Positions 1-8,795 of a DNA stretch of 64,000 nt are shown here, piece by piece. Numbering within the stretch: position 1 is the stretch's first letter; every line of letters starts with the position of its first letter. The notes under the pieces are model-generated. The model saw only the letters and a program-made list of their open reading frames with translations. It was not told the origin of the DNA and searched no databases. This stretch comes from a bacterium (GTDB lineage Bacteria > Cyanobacteriota > Sericytochromatia > S15B-MN24 > UBA4093), in NCBI GenBank assembly GCA_017744355.1, contig JAGIBK010000008.1, positions 17,461-81,460 of the forward strand. Reading direction: 5' to 3'. The position numbers and the translations under genes were made by a program.

Positions 1-478
1 GGGTGGCGCGGGCGGTGGCAGCGAGCTTGAGGGCGCTGGTCGCGTTGGGATCGGCGAGCACCCGCTGCAACTCGGCGAGATCGCGGGCGGCGGCGGCCTG
101 CGAGCGCGAGAGGTCGGCGAAGGCGCCCGCGGTGTCGGTCACCGTCGTGATGCCGACGAAAGCCTTACCCGTAGCGGCCTGGTTGCTGCGGCCCAGGACG
201 ACGTTCATCTCCTTGCCCAGCTTGTCGACGGTCTTGAGGGTGTTGCCCAGATCCCGTGAGGCGTCCGCCAAGGAAACGGGTCGGGTGGCCGCGTTCGAGA
301 CGGCGCTGTCGAGGTTGGAGACGGCCGACGAGCTGCGCACGAAGGTATCGCGAAGCATGTTGCTCGAGTTGAGAAGCGCCTCGCCCTGCGAACCCGCCAG
401 CCAGTTGGCGGGCTGCGCGCCGCCGCCCGCCGCGACGCGGCGGGGCTGCTGGTTGATCGAGGAGAGCGAGACGGCCAT
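1..478 (-). CDS. hypothetical protein (N-terminal part; gene runs off the window start)
   Basis: ATG at 478 (minus) preceded by GGAGGA. The frame stays open to position 1 with strong G/C third-position bias (MAVSLSSINQQPRRV...). Not in the ORF track because there is no stop in the window. The overlapping + ORF 3..539 looks like an Ala/Arg-rich antisense artefact. Confidence 0.5.
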   Translation of the reverse strand, partial: MAVSLSSINQQPRRVAAGGGAQPANWLAGSQGEALLNSSNMLRDTFVRSSSAVSNLDSAVSNAATRPVSLADASRDLGNTLKTVDKLGKEMNVVLGRSNQAATGKAFVGITTVTDTAGAFADLSRSQAAAARDLAELQRVLADPNATSALKLAATARAT

Positions 479-570
479 GGGATCCTCCGCAAGAAGGGCG
501 CCATGGCCGTTATCGGTCAAATTGCCGTTAATTCGGTAAGGATCAGCCTAATGCCATCCTAAATTTAGGT

Positions 571-603
571 GAAAACCCAGAAGGCCGCTCGCGTTGCGGC
601 CCT
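571..603 (-). terminator. putative intrinsic terminator after the NYN gene
   Basis: Stem AAGGCCGC/GCGGCCCT (7 of 8 bp), followed on the minus strand by CTGGGTTTTC. Confidence 0.4.
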
Positions 604-611
604 CGGACACC

Positions 612-1142
612 TCAATCGCGCAGGCAGTCGCTCACGAACTCCCAGCTCAGGGGATGGAGCTCGTCGCAGGCGTCCAGCAGCTCGTCGTGGACCGAGCCGG
701 GCTCGAAGTAGAGGCCGACGCTGACGCCGGCGTCCTTGACGTGGTTGATGGCGGGCACCAGGTCGCTGTCGCCCGCCACCAGGTACGCCTCCTGGATCTG
801 CCCCAGGGAAGCAAGCCGCACCAGATCGACCGCGAGCATGATGTCCACGCGCTTCTGGACGAACTCGGTGCCCCGCTTGGCGAGGCGGCCCTGGCGCAGC
901 TCCAGGCGAGGCAGGCGCGAGAGGAAGCGGATGAAGGATTGCTTGCCCTGGAACATGGCCCGCTCGCTATCGGTCGGCACCTGGGACTGGTAGGGCATGC
1001 AGTAGTAGTAGTAAGCCCTGAGCAGGGGCAGATCACCCTTGATGGCCTGGATGAAGCGCCCGTAGTCCAGCTTGGGACGCCCCAGGTTATCGAGCGCCTT
1101 GTTGAGATATCCCTCGTCGATGAAGACCGCCACGCGATCCAT
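612..1142 (-). CDS. NYN-domain (LabA/DUF88-like, PIN-fold) protein
   Basis: 176 aa. VAVFIDEGYL...KRVDIMLAVDLV...AYLVAGDSDLVPAINHVK matches the NYN/LabA acidic-residue pattern. Confidence 0.8.
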   Translation of the reverse strand: MDRVAVFIDEGYLNKALDNLGRPKLDYGRFIQAIKGDLPLLRAYYYYCMPYQSQVPTDSERAMFQGKQSFIRFLSRLPRLELRQGRLAKRGTEFVQKRVDIMLAVDLVRLASLGQIQEAYLVAGDSDLVPAINHVKDAGVSVGLYFEPGSVHDELLDACDELHPLSWEFVSDCLRD

Positions 1143-1253
1143 TACGGAACCTCCAATACGGTGAAATACCCGTCAACAGGGCAACAGAGGCCTCATGGTG
1201 AGCCTTCGTGCGGGGGATTGTCAATCGGCGCCCGCTGCGGTATACCAAGGGGC

Positions 1254-1730
1254 ATGTCAAACCAGCTTCCCAAGCCGGTCCTTGCAATCGGCCTCGCCCT
1301 GGTCGTCCTGGCGGGCGCCTACGGCTTCACTCGCCTGCCCGAACCCGTGATCAAGACGGTGATGGGCCTCTTCTCGCCGCTCTCGCCCGAGGCGGACCCC
1401 GCGCTCGATGCGCCGCGGATCTCGGTCGAGGAGGCCCAAAAGCTCGAAGGGGCGCTGCTGGTGGACGTGCGAGGCGCGGGCCCCTACGAGCAGGAGCACA
1501 TCGCCGGCGCGATCAGCGCCCCCAACCACGAGCTTGAAAAGTACCTCGACAAGCTGCCCAAGGATCGCGCGATCATCTGCTATTGCAGCTGCCCCAACGA
1601 TCACCTGAGCCTGGTGGCGGCGGCCAAGCTGATCAAGCAGCACGGCTACCCCAAGGCCTACGCCCTGGCGGGTGGCCTGCCCCGGTGGAAGCAGCTGGGC
1701 TATCCGCTCATCGTGATCTCATCAAAATAA
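1254..1730 (+). CDS. membrane-anchored rhodanese-domain sulfurtransferase
   Basis: Internal ATG at 1254 of ORF 594..1730; the upstream part of that ORF is antisense to the NYN gene. N-terminal TM helix. LVDVRGAGPYEQEHIAGA ... CYCSCPNDHLS active-site Cys loop. Confidence 0.8.
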   Translation: MSNQLPKPVLAIGLALVVLAGAYGFTRLPEPVIKTVMGLFSPLSPEADPALDAPRISVEEAQKLEGALLVDVRGAGPYEQEHIAGAISAPNHELEKYLDKLPKDRAIICYCSCPNDHLSLVAAAKLIKQHGYPKAYALAGGLPRWKQLGYPLIVISSK

Positions 1731-1731
1731 C

Positions 1732-1756
1732 GTCCCCGCCCCAATGGGGCGGGGAC
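1732..1756. terminator. bidirectional hairpin between convergent rhodanese and purB
   Basis: Perfect 11-bp stem GTCCCCGCCCC / GGGGCGGGGAC with a 3-nt loop. Confidence 0.6.
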
Positions 1757-1765
1757 TAGCGTCTG

Positions 1766-3169
1766 TTAGCCGCGCAGCTCCAAGAGCAGCTTCTCGCTCG
1801 CGGCGATCCCGATCTCCGCGAGCCGCTCGGCATAGCCGGTGTAGCCCTCGGGGGTCATGGCCTTGAGGCGCGCGCGGGTCGCCTCATCCATCTCGAGCCG
1901 ATCGAGCAGTTCGTGCAGCACCGCCATGGTCACCGCCTCGCCACGGGTCGTCTCCTTGAGGGCCTCGTAGGGAGCCGGGTGACCCTGGGCGCGCAGGACG
2001 GTCTGGATGGCCTCGGCGAGTACCTCGGGGTGGTTCGAGAGCTCGTTCGCCACCTTCTCGGTATCCACCGCCAGGCGCTTGAGACCCTTGACGGTGCTCT
2101 GGTAGGCCAAGAGGGCGTACCCCCACGCCACGCCCATGTTCCGCAGCACCGTCGAATCGGAGAGGTCGCGCTGCAGGCGGCTCTTGGGCAGCTTCTCGGC
2201 CATGAAGACCAAGAGGGCATTGGCGAGGCCCAGGTTGCCCTCGCTGTTCTCGAAATCGATCGGGTTGACCTTGTGGGGCATGGTGCTCGAGCCGACCTCG
2301 GCGGCCACCGGCTTCTGGCGGAAGTAGCCGTCCGAGATGTAGCGCCACATGTCCTGGTCCAGGTCGAGCAGGATGTTGTGGATCCGGCGCAGCTGGTCGA
2401 AAAGCGCGGCGATCCGGTCGTGGGACTCGATCTGGGTGGTGATCAGGTTGGGCACCAGGTCCAGCTGCGAGACGAAGTGACCGGCGAAGGCGAGCCAGTC
2501 GAACTTCGGATAGGCCGCCACCAGCGCCCCGAAGGTCCCGGTGGCGCCGTTGAGCTTGCCGTACAGGCGGAAGTCCTTGAGAGCCGCGATCTCCCCTTCG
2601 AGGCGCGACAGGAAGACCGCGAGCTCCTTGCCCACGGTGGTGGGGCTCGCCGGCTGCCCGTGGGTGCGCGCGAGCATGGGGACGGACTTGGTTTTCTTCG
2701 CCAGGCCGATCAGGGCCGCGAGTACCTCGCCGAGCGCCGGGAGCATGACGTCCTGGAGGGCGTCGCGCAGCATGCAGGCATACGCCAGGTTGTTGGTGTC
2801 CTCCGAGGTCAGGCCGAAGTGGACCTTCTCGATCTCGTTCTCGAAGCCCGGGATCTCCCGGAGCCGGTCCTTGACGAAGTACTCGACCGCCTTGACGTCG
2901 TGGTTGATTTTGCGCTCGATGGCCTTGATGGCCTGGGCATCCGCCTCCGAGAAGCCGGCATAGATCCCGCGCAGGCGATCGAAGGCATCCACGGGGAAGA
3001 CCCGCCCCACGTCCGTGCCGTAGATGGCACCCAGCAGCGCGATCAGGTACTCGACCTCGACCATGACCCGGTAGCGGTTGAGGGCGAACTCCGAGAAGTA
3101 ATCCGAGAGGGCGCCGACCTTGGCGGCATAGCGCCCGTCAAGCGGCGAGAGAGCCTTTAGGGCATCCAT
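1766..3169 (-). CDS. purB: adenylosuccinate lyase
   Basis: MDALKALSPLDGRYAAKV... N-terminus and TTQIESHD, SSTMPHKVNPIDFENSEGN lyase signature. Start taken at the internal ATG 3169 of ORF 1766..3631. Confidence 0.95.
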   Translation of the reverse strand: MDALKALSPLDGRYAAKVGALSDYFSEFALNRYRVMVEVEYLIALLGAIYGTDVGRVFPVDAFDRLRGIYAGFSEADAQAIKAIERKINHDVKAVEYFVKDRLREIPGFENEIEKVHFGLTSEDTNNLAYACMLRDALQDVMLPALGEVLAALIGLAKKTKSVPMLARTHGQPASPTTVGKELAVFLSRLEGEIAALKDFRLYGKLNGATGTFGALVAAYPKFDWLAFAGHFVSQLDLVPNLITTQIESHDRIAALFDQLRRIHNILLDLDQDMWRYISDGYFRQKPVAAEVGSSTMPHKVNPIDFENSEGNLGLANALLVFMAEKLPKSRLQRDLSDSTVLRNMGVAWGYALLAYQSTVKGLKRLAVDTEKVANELSNHPEVLAEAIQTVLRAQGHPAPYEALKETTRGEAVTMAVLHELLDRLEMDEATRARLKAMTPEGYTGYAERLAEIGIAASEKLLLELRG

Positions 3170-3579
3170 CAAATTGGTTCCTTCTTTCCGCGGGCTGAGC
3201 GCGCGATCCGGCCCAGGCCATAGCCGACCAAGCCTACCATCTCTCCTAGCAGCCACAGGGCGGCCACCCCGCCGATCATCCGGCCGCGCTCCATCCCCGC
3301 CACCCAGGCGAAGTAGGTCCCCGCGATGAGGGCCACCGGCAGGGCCGAGAGGGCGATCGCCCGGAAACGTCCCGGCCGCTCGCTCAGCCCGATCACGAAG
3401 CCCCCGAGCATCCAGGGCACGCCGATCGCGCGGAAGCAGCCGTAAGCGTAGGCGACCAGCCACGCGACAAGCGGCTGGTGCGTCTTCTCGAGCGCCGCCG
3501 AGAAGTCCGAGATGCCGAAAGGGGCGCCCACGAGCAGTTGCACCAGCAAAGCGCGGGCAAAAAGCATAAGAGAAGCCAT
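3169..3579 (-). CDS. small integral membrane protein (about 4 TM), unknown function
   Basis: Hydrophobic 136 aa starting MASLMLFARALL. GGAG lies upstream. Its TGA overlaps the purB ATG (TGATG), suggesting translational coupling. Confidence 0.6.
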   Translation of the reverse strand: MASLMLFARALLVQLLVGAPFGISDFSAALEKTHQPLVAWLVAYAYGCFRAIGVPWMLGGFVIGLSERPGRFRAIALSALPVALIAGTYFAWVAGMERGRMIGGVAALWLLGEMVGLVGYGLGRIARSARGKKEPI

Positions 3580-3702
3580 CGCCTGATAAAACTCCAATTC
3601 CAATCGATGATCGCAAGGGACAAGAGACCATGTCAAGGCGAGGACTCGCCTTGTTTCCCTGGATCGGACCCGATAGAATCAGGCGGAAAGGGAGAAGCCC
3701 GC

Positions 3703-4998
3703 ATGGATCACCTGATATCCCCCCGCTCCGTCTCCTCGCCCGACGCCGCCCCCTCGGCTCTCGAACGCGAGGTCAAGCTGCGCCAGCGCGCCGAGATCCT
3801 GCTCAAGGTCGCCAAGGCCATGCGCTCGGATCTGGACCTGCCGACGGTCCTCCAGGACGCGGTGGACGTAACCTGGCAATTCTTGCAGCCCGACTTCGCG
3901 GGGCTCTTCCTGGTGGACGGGGCGCGGCACTTCACCCTCTCGGCGAGCGTCGAGCTCAAGCCCATCCATGCCGAGACCCGCTGGCCCATGGTCCAGGGCG
4001 AGAGCTTCCTAACGCGCACCCTCGTCCAAGGCAGCCCGGTCTCGCTGCTGCGCTTCGACCAGGAGGCCATGACCCCGCCCGAGGCCGCCTTCTTCCAGCC
4101 CGACGCCACCACTTACTGCTCGGCCATCCCGATCATGCACCAGGGCACCCCTAGCGGCGTGCTGGTGCTGCTCTGGCGCCACCCCCAGCACGAGCACCAG
4201 GAGGACGACCACGAGCTCCTGATCGGGATCGCGGAGCTCGTCGCGCTGGCCATCGAGAACCAGCGCCTCATCCAGCGCGAGGCCGCCATCTACTCCGAGA
4301 AGATCCTCGCCGAGCAGATCGCCAAGGAGCGCGAGGCCTTGATCCGGCAGATCGTCCATGATCTCCGGAACGCGACCCAGGCGATCAGCCTCGTCAACGA
4401 GGAGATCGCCCTGGCGGCCCCCGACAACCCCACCATCCTGCACGGGGTCTCGGCCATCGACCGCCAGATCACCTTCATCTCGAACTTCCTCAAGGAGAAG
4501 ATCCACCGCATCAAGAGCCCCCAGGGCGAAGCCCGCGGCGGCCTGACGGCGATCGCCCCCATGCTCGATGCCCTGGGCGAACGCTTCACCCCTCGCTTTG
4601 CCGCCCGAAACCAGCGCTTCGAGTGGGTGCAGGCCGAAGAGGGGGTCCAGGTCCCCATGGCCGAAGCGCTGTTCGAGCAAACGCTCGCGAACCTCTTGGA
4701 CAACGCCAACAAGTACGCCCCCGAGGGGGCGCACATCAAGCTATGGTGCGCCCTCTCGGACGGCTGGGCGACCCTCTACGTCTCGAACACCGGCCCGGGC
4801 ATCCCCATCGAGCACCAGGCCCGCATCGAGGAGCCCGGCTTCCGCGGGCAGCACGACGCGGCGGGCGCAGGGATGGGGCTCGCCGAGGTGAAGCAGCTCG
4901 TCACCTCCCACAGCGGCCTCTTCGGGCTCACCAGCCGCCCGGGAGCGGGCAGCACCTTCTACGTCACCCTGCCCACCACCCAGTGGGGACGGGCCTAG
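3703..4998 (+). CDS. GAF-domain sensor histidine kinase (no adjacent response regulator)
   Basis: ATG 3703 after AAGGGAGAA. GAF-like N-terminal half, H-box VHDLRNATQAI, N-box LLDNANKYAP, G-box GAGMGLAEVK. Confidence 0.85.
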   Translation: MDHLISPRSVSSPDAAPSALEREVKLRQRAEILLKVAKAMRSDLDLPTVLQDAVDVTWQFLQPDFAGLFLVDGARHFTLSASVELKPIHAETRWPMVQGESFLTRTLVQGSPVSLLRFDQEAMTPPEAAFFQPDATTYCSAIPIMHQGTPSGVLVLLWRHPQHEHQEDDHELLIGIAELVALAIENQRLIQREAAIYSEKILAEQIAKEREALIRQIVHDLRNATQAISLVNEEIALAAPDNPTILHGVSAIDRQITFISNFLKEKIHRIKSPQGEARGGLTAIAPMLDALGERFTPRFAARNQRFEWVQAEEGVQVPMAEALFEQTLANLLDNANKYAPEGAHIKLWCALSDGWATLYVSNTGPGIPIEHQARIEEPGFRGQHDAAGAGMGLAEVKQLVTSHSGLFGLTSRPGAGSTFYVTLPTTQWGRA

Positions 4999-5417
4999 CT
5001 CCCGCGATAGATCGCATACGAGAAAGGCGTCACCAGGATCGGCACGTGGTAATGCTCGTCGGTGCGATCGATCCCGAAGCGCACCGGCACCTCCTCCAAA
5101 AAGGGCACGCGCGACGCCGTGGCGGCCCCCGGCATGGCGCGGAAGTAGCGCCCGATGTCGAAGACCAGCTCATACCGACCGGGCTTCATTTCCTTCTCGG
5201 TGAGGACCTCGCGGATTCGCCCGGCCGCATCCGTCTCAAGGCGCTTGAGCAGCTTGCGTCCCCCGTCGAGGGAGTAGACCTCGACCCTCACCCCCGCTCC
5301 CGACTTGCCAACGGTCGTGTCCAGCACGTGGGTCGAGAGCCCCCCGGCCGCCAAAGCCGGCAAAGCGACCAGCATCGCCGACGCCGCCAGGCCCGACGCC
5401 GCAAACCATCCGCGCAT
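4995..5417 (-). CDS. hiuH: 5-hydroxyisourate hydrolase (transthyretin-like), with signal peptide
   Basis: LSTHVLDTTVGKSGAGVRVEVY... and C-terminal YRGS tetrapeptide typical of HIUases. N-terminal AMLVALPALAAGG signal. RBS GGAGAGGGAG. Its stop overlaps the stop of the convergent kinase gene. Confidence 0.8.
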   Translation of the reverse strand: MRGWFAASGLAASAMLVALPALAAGGLSTHVLDTTVGKSGAGVRVEVYSLDGGRKLLKRLETDAAGRIREVLTEKEMKPGRYELVFDIGRYFRAMPGAATASRVPFLEEVPVRFGIDRTDEHYHVPILVTPFSYAIYRGS

Positions 5418-5450
5418 CTCCCTCTCCTTTTCCGTGGGCGAAGCCGCCCC

Positions 5451-5494
5451 AAAAAGGCCAAGGGCCCCGCTTCCGGGGAAGCGGGGCCCTTGGC
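5451..5494 (-). terminator. strong hairpin plus T-run (terminator or 5' UTR structure)
   Basis: About 18-bp stem GCCAAGGGCCCCGCTTCC / GGAAGCGGGGCCCTTGGC, followed on the minus strand by CTTTTTGGGG. It lies only about 35 nt upstream of the hiuH start. Confidence 0.6.
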
Positions 5495-5652
5495 ATGGCA
5501 ATCGAGGAAAAACCCCTCTCGCCGTTCAGGACTTTCATGCTAACCCATCTTAAAGAGCGAAGTAAAGGTCATCGAACACATCCGAAAAAACTCGCGCTCG
5601 GGGTAGCCTTCGGCCAGCGACGCCAGCTCGAAGAAGGGGGCGGATAGGCGTG

Positions 5653-6222
5653 CTAATCGCCTCCCTGGTCGTACTGCGCGAAGCCGTAGGAGTCCAGCGA
5701 GTGCCGATCGATCTTGGTGAAGACCAGGGCCGTGACCGAGGTGACGCTGCCCTTGCGCAGGGCGCGAGAAGCAGCCTCGAGGGTGCTGCCCGAGCAGTAG
5801 ATCCCGTCGATCAGGAGGATTCGCTTCTCCTTGACCGCGTCGGGGCTGATCACGTTCATGCCCCCGCGCGAGCCGTCCACCGAGCGCTCCGAGTACTCGG
5901 AGATGAGGCCGTAGCGGTTGAGGATGCCGATGGCCCGCGGGATGTTGGTCAGCTGGCTGATCCAGTCCACCAGGAGCGACGAGGGATCGTAATCGGAGAG
6001 CACCCGGCTCGAAGGCACCGGCACCAGGAGGTCGATGTCCTTGATCTCGGGGGTCGCCAGGATGAAGGCCTGCGCCCAGCGCGCCAGGCTATCGACCAGG
6101 TACCACTGCTTACGGTACTGGTAGCGATAGATCGCCTCGCCTAGAAGGGTCCGGGCACCGTCGGGCTGGTTGTAGGTATGGATGGCGTAGCCCGCGTCCC
6201 AGTCACCCTGCAATGCGATCAT
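5653..6222 (-). CDS. ComF-family / phosphoribosyltransferase-fold protein (no zinc-finger N-terminus)
   Basis: 189 aa. DLLVPVPSSR ... KRILLIDGIYCSGSTLEAASRAL resembles the ComF C-terminal PRPP loop, but reads DG instead of the usual DD. Confidence 0.7.
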   Translation of the reverse strand: MIALQGDWDAGYAIHTYNQPDGARTLLGEAIYRYQYRKQWYLVDSLARWAQAFILATPEIKDIDLLVPVPSSRVLSDYDPSSLLVDWISQLTNIPRAIGILNRYGLISEYSERSVDGSRGGMNVISPDAVKEKRILLIDGIYCSGSTLEAASRALRKGSVTSVTALVFTKIDRHSLDSYGFAQYDQGGD

Positions 6223-6318
6223 GGCACACCCCCTCCTCGCTCCTGCAAGCCTATCGACTCTAGATCGGAAGCAAGCGAGCCAGTAGGAAGGGATCGCCGA
6301 AAAGTTTCGTCAGGGGCG

Positions 6319-7431
6319 CTAAAACGCCTTTACGAAAGGCTTCACCACCCCGCGATGGACCGAGAAGATGGCGGCCTCGTCGATCCAGGCGGCGGTGAAG
6401 TCGCTGAGGTGGGTGCTGGTGACGAAGGTCTGGACGTCGGGGCCGATCGCCGCCAAGAGCGCGTTCTGGCGCCGGATGTCGAGCTCGGCGAGCACGTCGT
6501 CGAGCAGCAAGAGGGGCGGCTCGTCCAGATCCTGCCGGAACACGTCCAGCTCCGAGAGCTTGAGCGCGAGCACCACCGTACGCTGCTGGCCCTGGGAGGC
6601 GTAGGCTCGCGCGTCGTACCCGTCGATGCTCAGCGCCAGATCGTCCCGGTGCGGGCCGCTCAGGGTCTGGCCGCGGGCAATCTCCTTGGCGCGGTTTTCT
6701 CGCAGCTCCGAGAGGAAGGCCGTCTCGTAGTCGCGGCCCTGCAAGTCCACCGAGGGGACCAGCCGAATGCCCAGCTCCTCGTTGCCCTTCGCGATCTCGC
6801 GGTGCCAGTGGACCGCGCGCGGCGTCAGCTTCTCGATGAGCTCCTCGCGCTTGTGCCACAAGAGGACGGCGTAGTGGGCGAGTTGCTCGTCCCAGATGGA
6901 GAGCTGATCGGCCGAGCCGCCTTCCGCGATCTGGCGCAGGACGTTGTTGCGCTGGGTCAGGACCCGGTTGTAGTGGTGCAGGGCCTGGTAGTAGGTGGGC
7001 GCCAGCTGCATGAGGATGCCGTCCAGGTAGCGACGGCGATCGGCGGGAGCACCCTTGACCAGTTGCAGGTCGTTGGCCGCGAACAATACGACCATGACCC
7101 GGCCCAGCAGGTCCGAGACCCGACGCTGGTAAGCGCCGTCCACCCGCACGGCGCGGCGGCCGTTGGCCTTGAAGAGAATGTCGATGGCGGTGGGGCCCAC
7201 CTCGCGCTCGGAAACCGAGCGGATGATCGCGGCGTCCTGGTGCCAGCGGATCAGCTCCTGATCCTTGCTGGTGAAAGGCGAGCTGCCCGTGGCCAGGATG
7301 GCGATCGCCTCGAGCAAGTTGGTCTTGCCCTGGGCGTTGTCCCCGAGAAAGATGGTCTTGTGCCGATCGAAGACCAGCTCCAGCTCGGAGTAGTTGCGGA
7401 AATTCTCTAGGCACAAGGATTTGAGGAACAT
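6319..7431 (-). CDS. recF: DNA replication/repair protein RecF
   Basis: MFLKSLCLENFRNY...FLGDNAQGKTNLLEAI Walker A and LLLLDDVLAELD Walker B / SMC-like signature. Confidence 0.95.
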   Translation of the reverse strand: MFLKSLCLENFRNYSELELVFDRHKTIFLGDNAQGKTNLLEAIAILATGSSPFTSKDQELIRWHQDAAIIRSVSEREVGPTAIDILFKANGRRAVRVDGAYQRRVSDLLGRVMVVLFAANDLQLVKGAPADRRRYLDGILMQLAPTYYQALHHYNRVLTQRNNVLRQIAEGGSADQLSIWDEQLAHYAVLLWHKREELIEKLTPRAVHWHREIAKGNEELGIRLVPSVDLQGRDYETAFLSELRENRAKEIARGQTLSGPHRDDLALSIDGYDARAYASQGQQRTVVLALKLSELDVFRQDLDEPPLLLLDDVLAELDIRRQNALLAAIGPDVQTFVTSTHLSDFTAAWIDEAAIFSVHRGVVKPFVKAF

Positions 7432-7462
7432 GGCTCCATTATAGCGCCCGCGGCTATTGCGT

Positions 7463-7498
7463 TAAGAAAGCGCGGGGCCCCTGTCGGGACCCCGCGCT
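7463..7498 (-). terminator. stem-loop between dnaN and recF (attenuator or partial terminator)
   Basis: AGCGCGGGG...CCCCGCGCT stem, followed on the minus strand by TTTCTTAAC. Confidence 0.4.
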
Positions 7499-7516
7499 GC
7501 GGTTGAAATCAGCGGC

Positions 7517-8620
7517 TTAGCTGCGGATGGGCATCAGGATGCACGAGTAGGTCGGATCCTCGGTGCTCTGGACCAGGGCCGGGGCCAGGGGACCGTTGAG
7601 CGAGAGCTTGACGGTCTCGCCTTCGAGGACCTTGAGCGAGTCGAGCATGTAAGTCGCGTTGAAGGCGATCTTCACGTCCTCGCCGTCGAACTCGACGGGC
7701 AGGTGCTCGTCGCCCTCGCCCAGATCCGCCGCGTTGGCCTGGAGGTGCAGATCCCCCGCCTTGAAGTTGAGGTTGACGACCTTGGCCTCGCGCTCCGAGG
7801 CCATGATGCTGACGCGCTCGACCGCGCTCTGGAGCAGGTGACGGTCGATCAGGATCTCGTAGGCGAAGGAAGTGGGGATGATCTGGCCGTAGGGGGGGAA
7901 CTGACCGTCGATCAGGCGCGAGGTCAGGTAGCGATCGCCCACCGAGAAGAGGATCTGGTTCTGGACGACGGCCACGTTCACCGCCTCGGCGTCGGCGCCG
8001 CTCAGAAGGCGCGCGAGCTCCGCCATGGCGCGGGCCGGCACGATGACCTTGAGCTCGCCCTGGGTCCCCACGTCCCACTTGCGCCAGGCCAGACGGTAGC
8101 CGTCGGTTGCGACCACCTCGAGCGCGCCGTTGGCGAGCTGCAGGTAGAGGCCGCTGATCACGCTCTTGTCGTCCTTGGCCGCGGCGAACGAGGTCTGACG
8201 GATGCCCTTGGCGAGCTGATCACCCGCCAGCTGGACCATGGTGGCCGCGGGGCTGATCTCGGGCAGCTTGGGGAACTCGTCGGCGGGCAGGCTGGGCAGG
8301 ACGAAGCGCGAGCGGGCGCACTGCACGGTGGCGCGGACGTCGTCGCTGCCGACCGAGAAGGCCACGTCGCTGTTGGGCAGCTTGTTGATGATCTCGGAGA
8401 GCTGGCGGGCCGCCAGCGTGATGGCGCCCGAGGTCTGGACCTGAGCGGGCACGCGGGCCTCGATCCCGACTTCCAGGTCGGTCGCGGTGATCTTGAGGCT
8501 GTCGCCCTCGGTCGCGATCAGGATGTTGCTCAGAATGGGGAGGGGCCCGCGGCTCGCCACGGCACGCTGCACCGCTTGAATGCCCTTGGAAAAGTCGTCA
8601 CGCGTACAAGTGAACTCCAT
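7517..8620 (-). CDS. dnaN: DNA polymerase III beta sliding clamp
   Basis: MEFTCTRDDFSKGIQAVQRAV...PILSNILI...; 367 aa. ATG 8620 preceded by AGGAGAGG. Confidence 0.95.
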   Translation of the reverse strand: MEFTCTRDDFSKGIQAVQRAVASRGPLPILSNILIATEGDSLKITATDLEVGIEARVPAQVQTSGAITLAARQLSEIINKLPNSDVAFSVGSDDVRATVQCARSRFVLPSLPADEFPKLPEISPAATMVQLAGDQLAKGIRQTSFAAAKDDKSVISGLYLQLANGALEVVATDGYRLAWRKWDVGTQGELKVIVPARAMAELARLLSGADAEAVNVAVVQNQILFSVGDRYLTSRLIDGQFPPYGQIIPTSFAYEILIDRHLLQSAVERVSIMASEREAKVVNLNFKAGDLHLQANAADLGEGDEHLPVEFDGEDVKIAFNATYMLDSLKVLEGETVKLSLNGPLAPALVQSTEDPTYSCILMPIRS

Positions 8621-8760
8621 TGCCTCTCCTGAATCTCCCGTCTTGCGATCGATCGTGCGAACCAAAATTCTACCCGATTTTTCCGTGCTTGGTAAGGGCG
8701 AATGCCCATCTCAAGGGGTTTTTCGGGCTTGCTTGATCGATCGTTTAAGGGATCCCTGAG

Positions 8761-8795
8761 AGATCAATAAATAGATCCCGTAATAGTAAGGGGAG
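8761..8795. other. most AT-rich stretch of the origin region (possible unwinding element)
   Basis: agatcaataaatagatcccgtaatagtaagg is the lowest-GC segment in the gap and lies beside the first perfect DnaA box. It is weak as a DUE. Confidence 0.25.

Noticed and set aside
3-539. 178-aa + strand ORF at the window start
   Set aside because: Its product is Ala/Arg/Ser-rich and low complexity. The opposite strand has a better frame with an RBS, an ATG at 478 and strong GC3 bias.
594-1253. N-terminal 220 residues of ORF 594..1730
   Set aside because: This part is antisense to the well-supported NYN gene. The rhodanese protein begins sensibly at the internal ATG 1254, with a TM helix.
3170-3631. 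N-terminal extension of the purB ORF (1766..3631)
   Set aside because: PurB homologues start at MDALKALSPLDGRY (ATG 3169). The extension is Arg/Gly/Pro-rich and overlaps a better membrane-protein frame.
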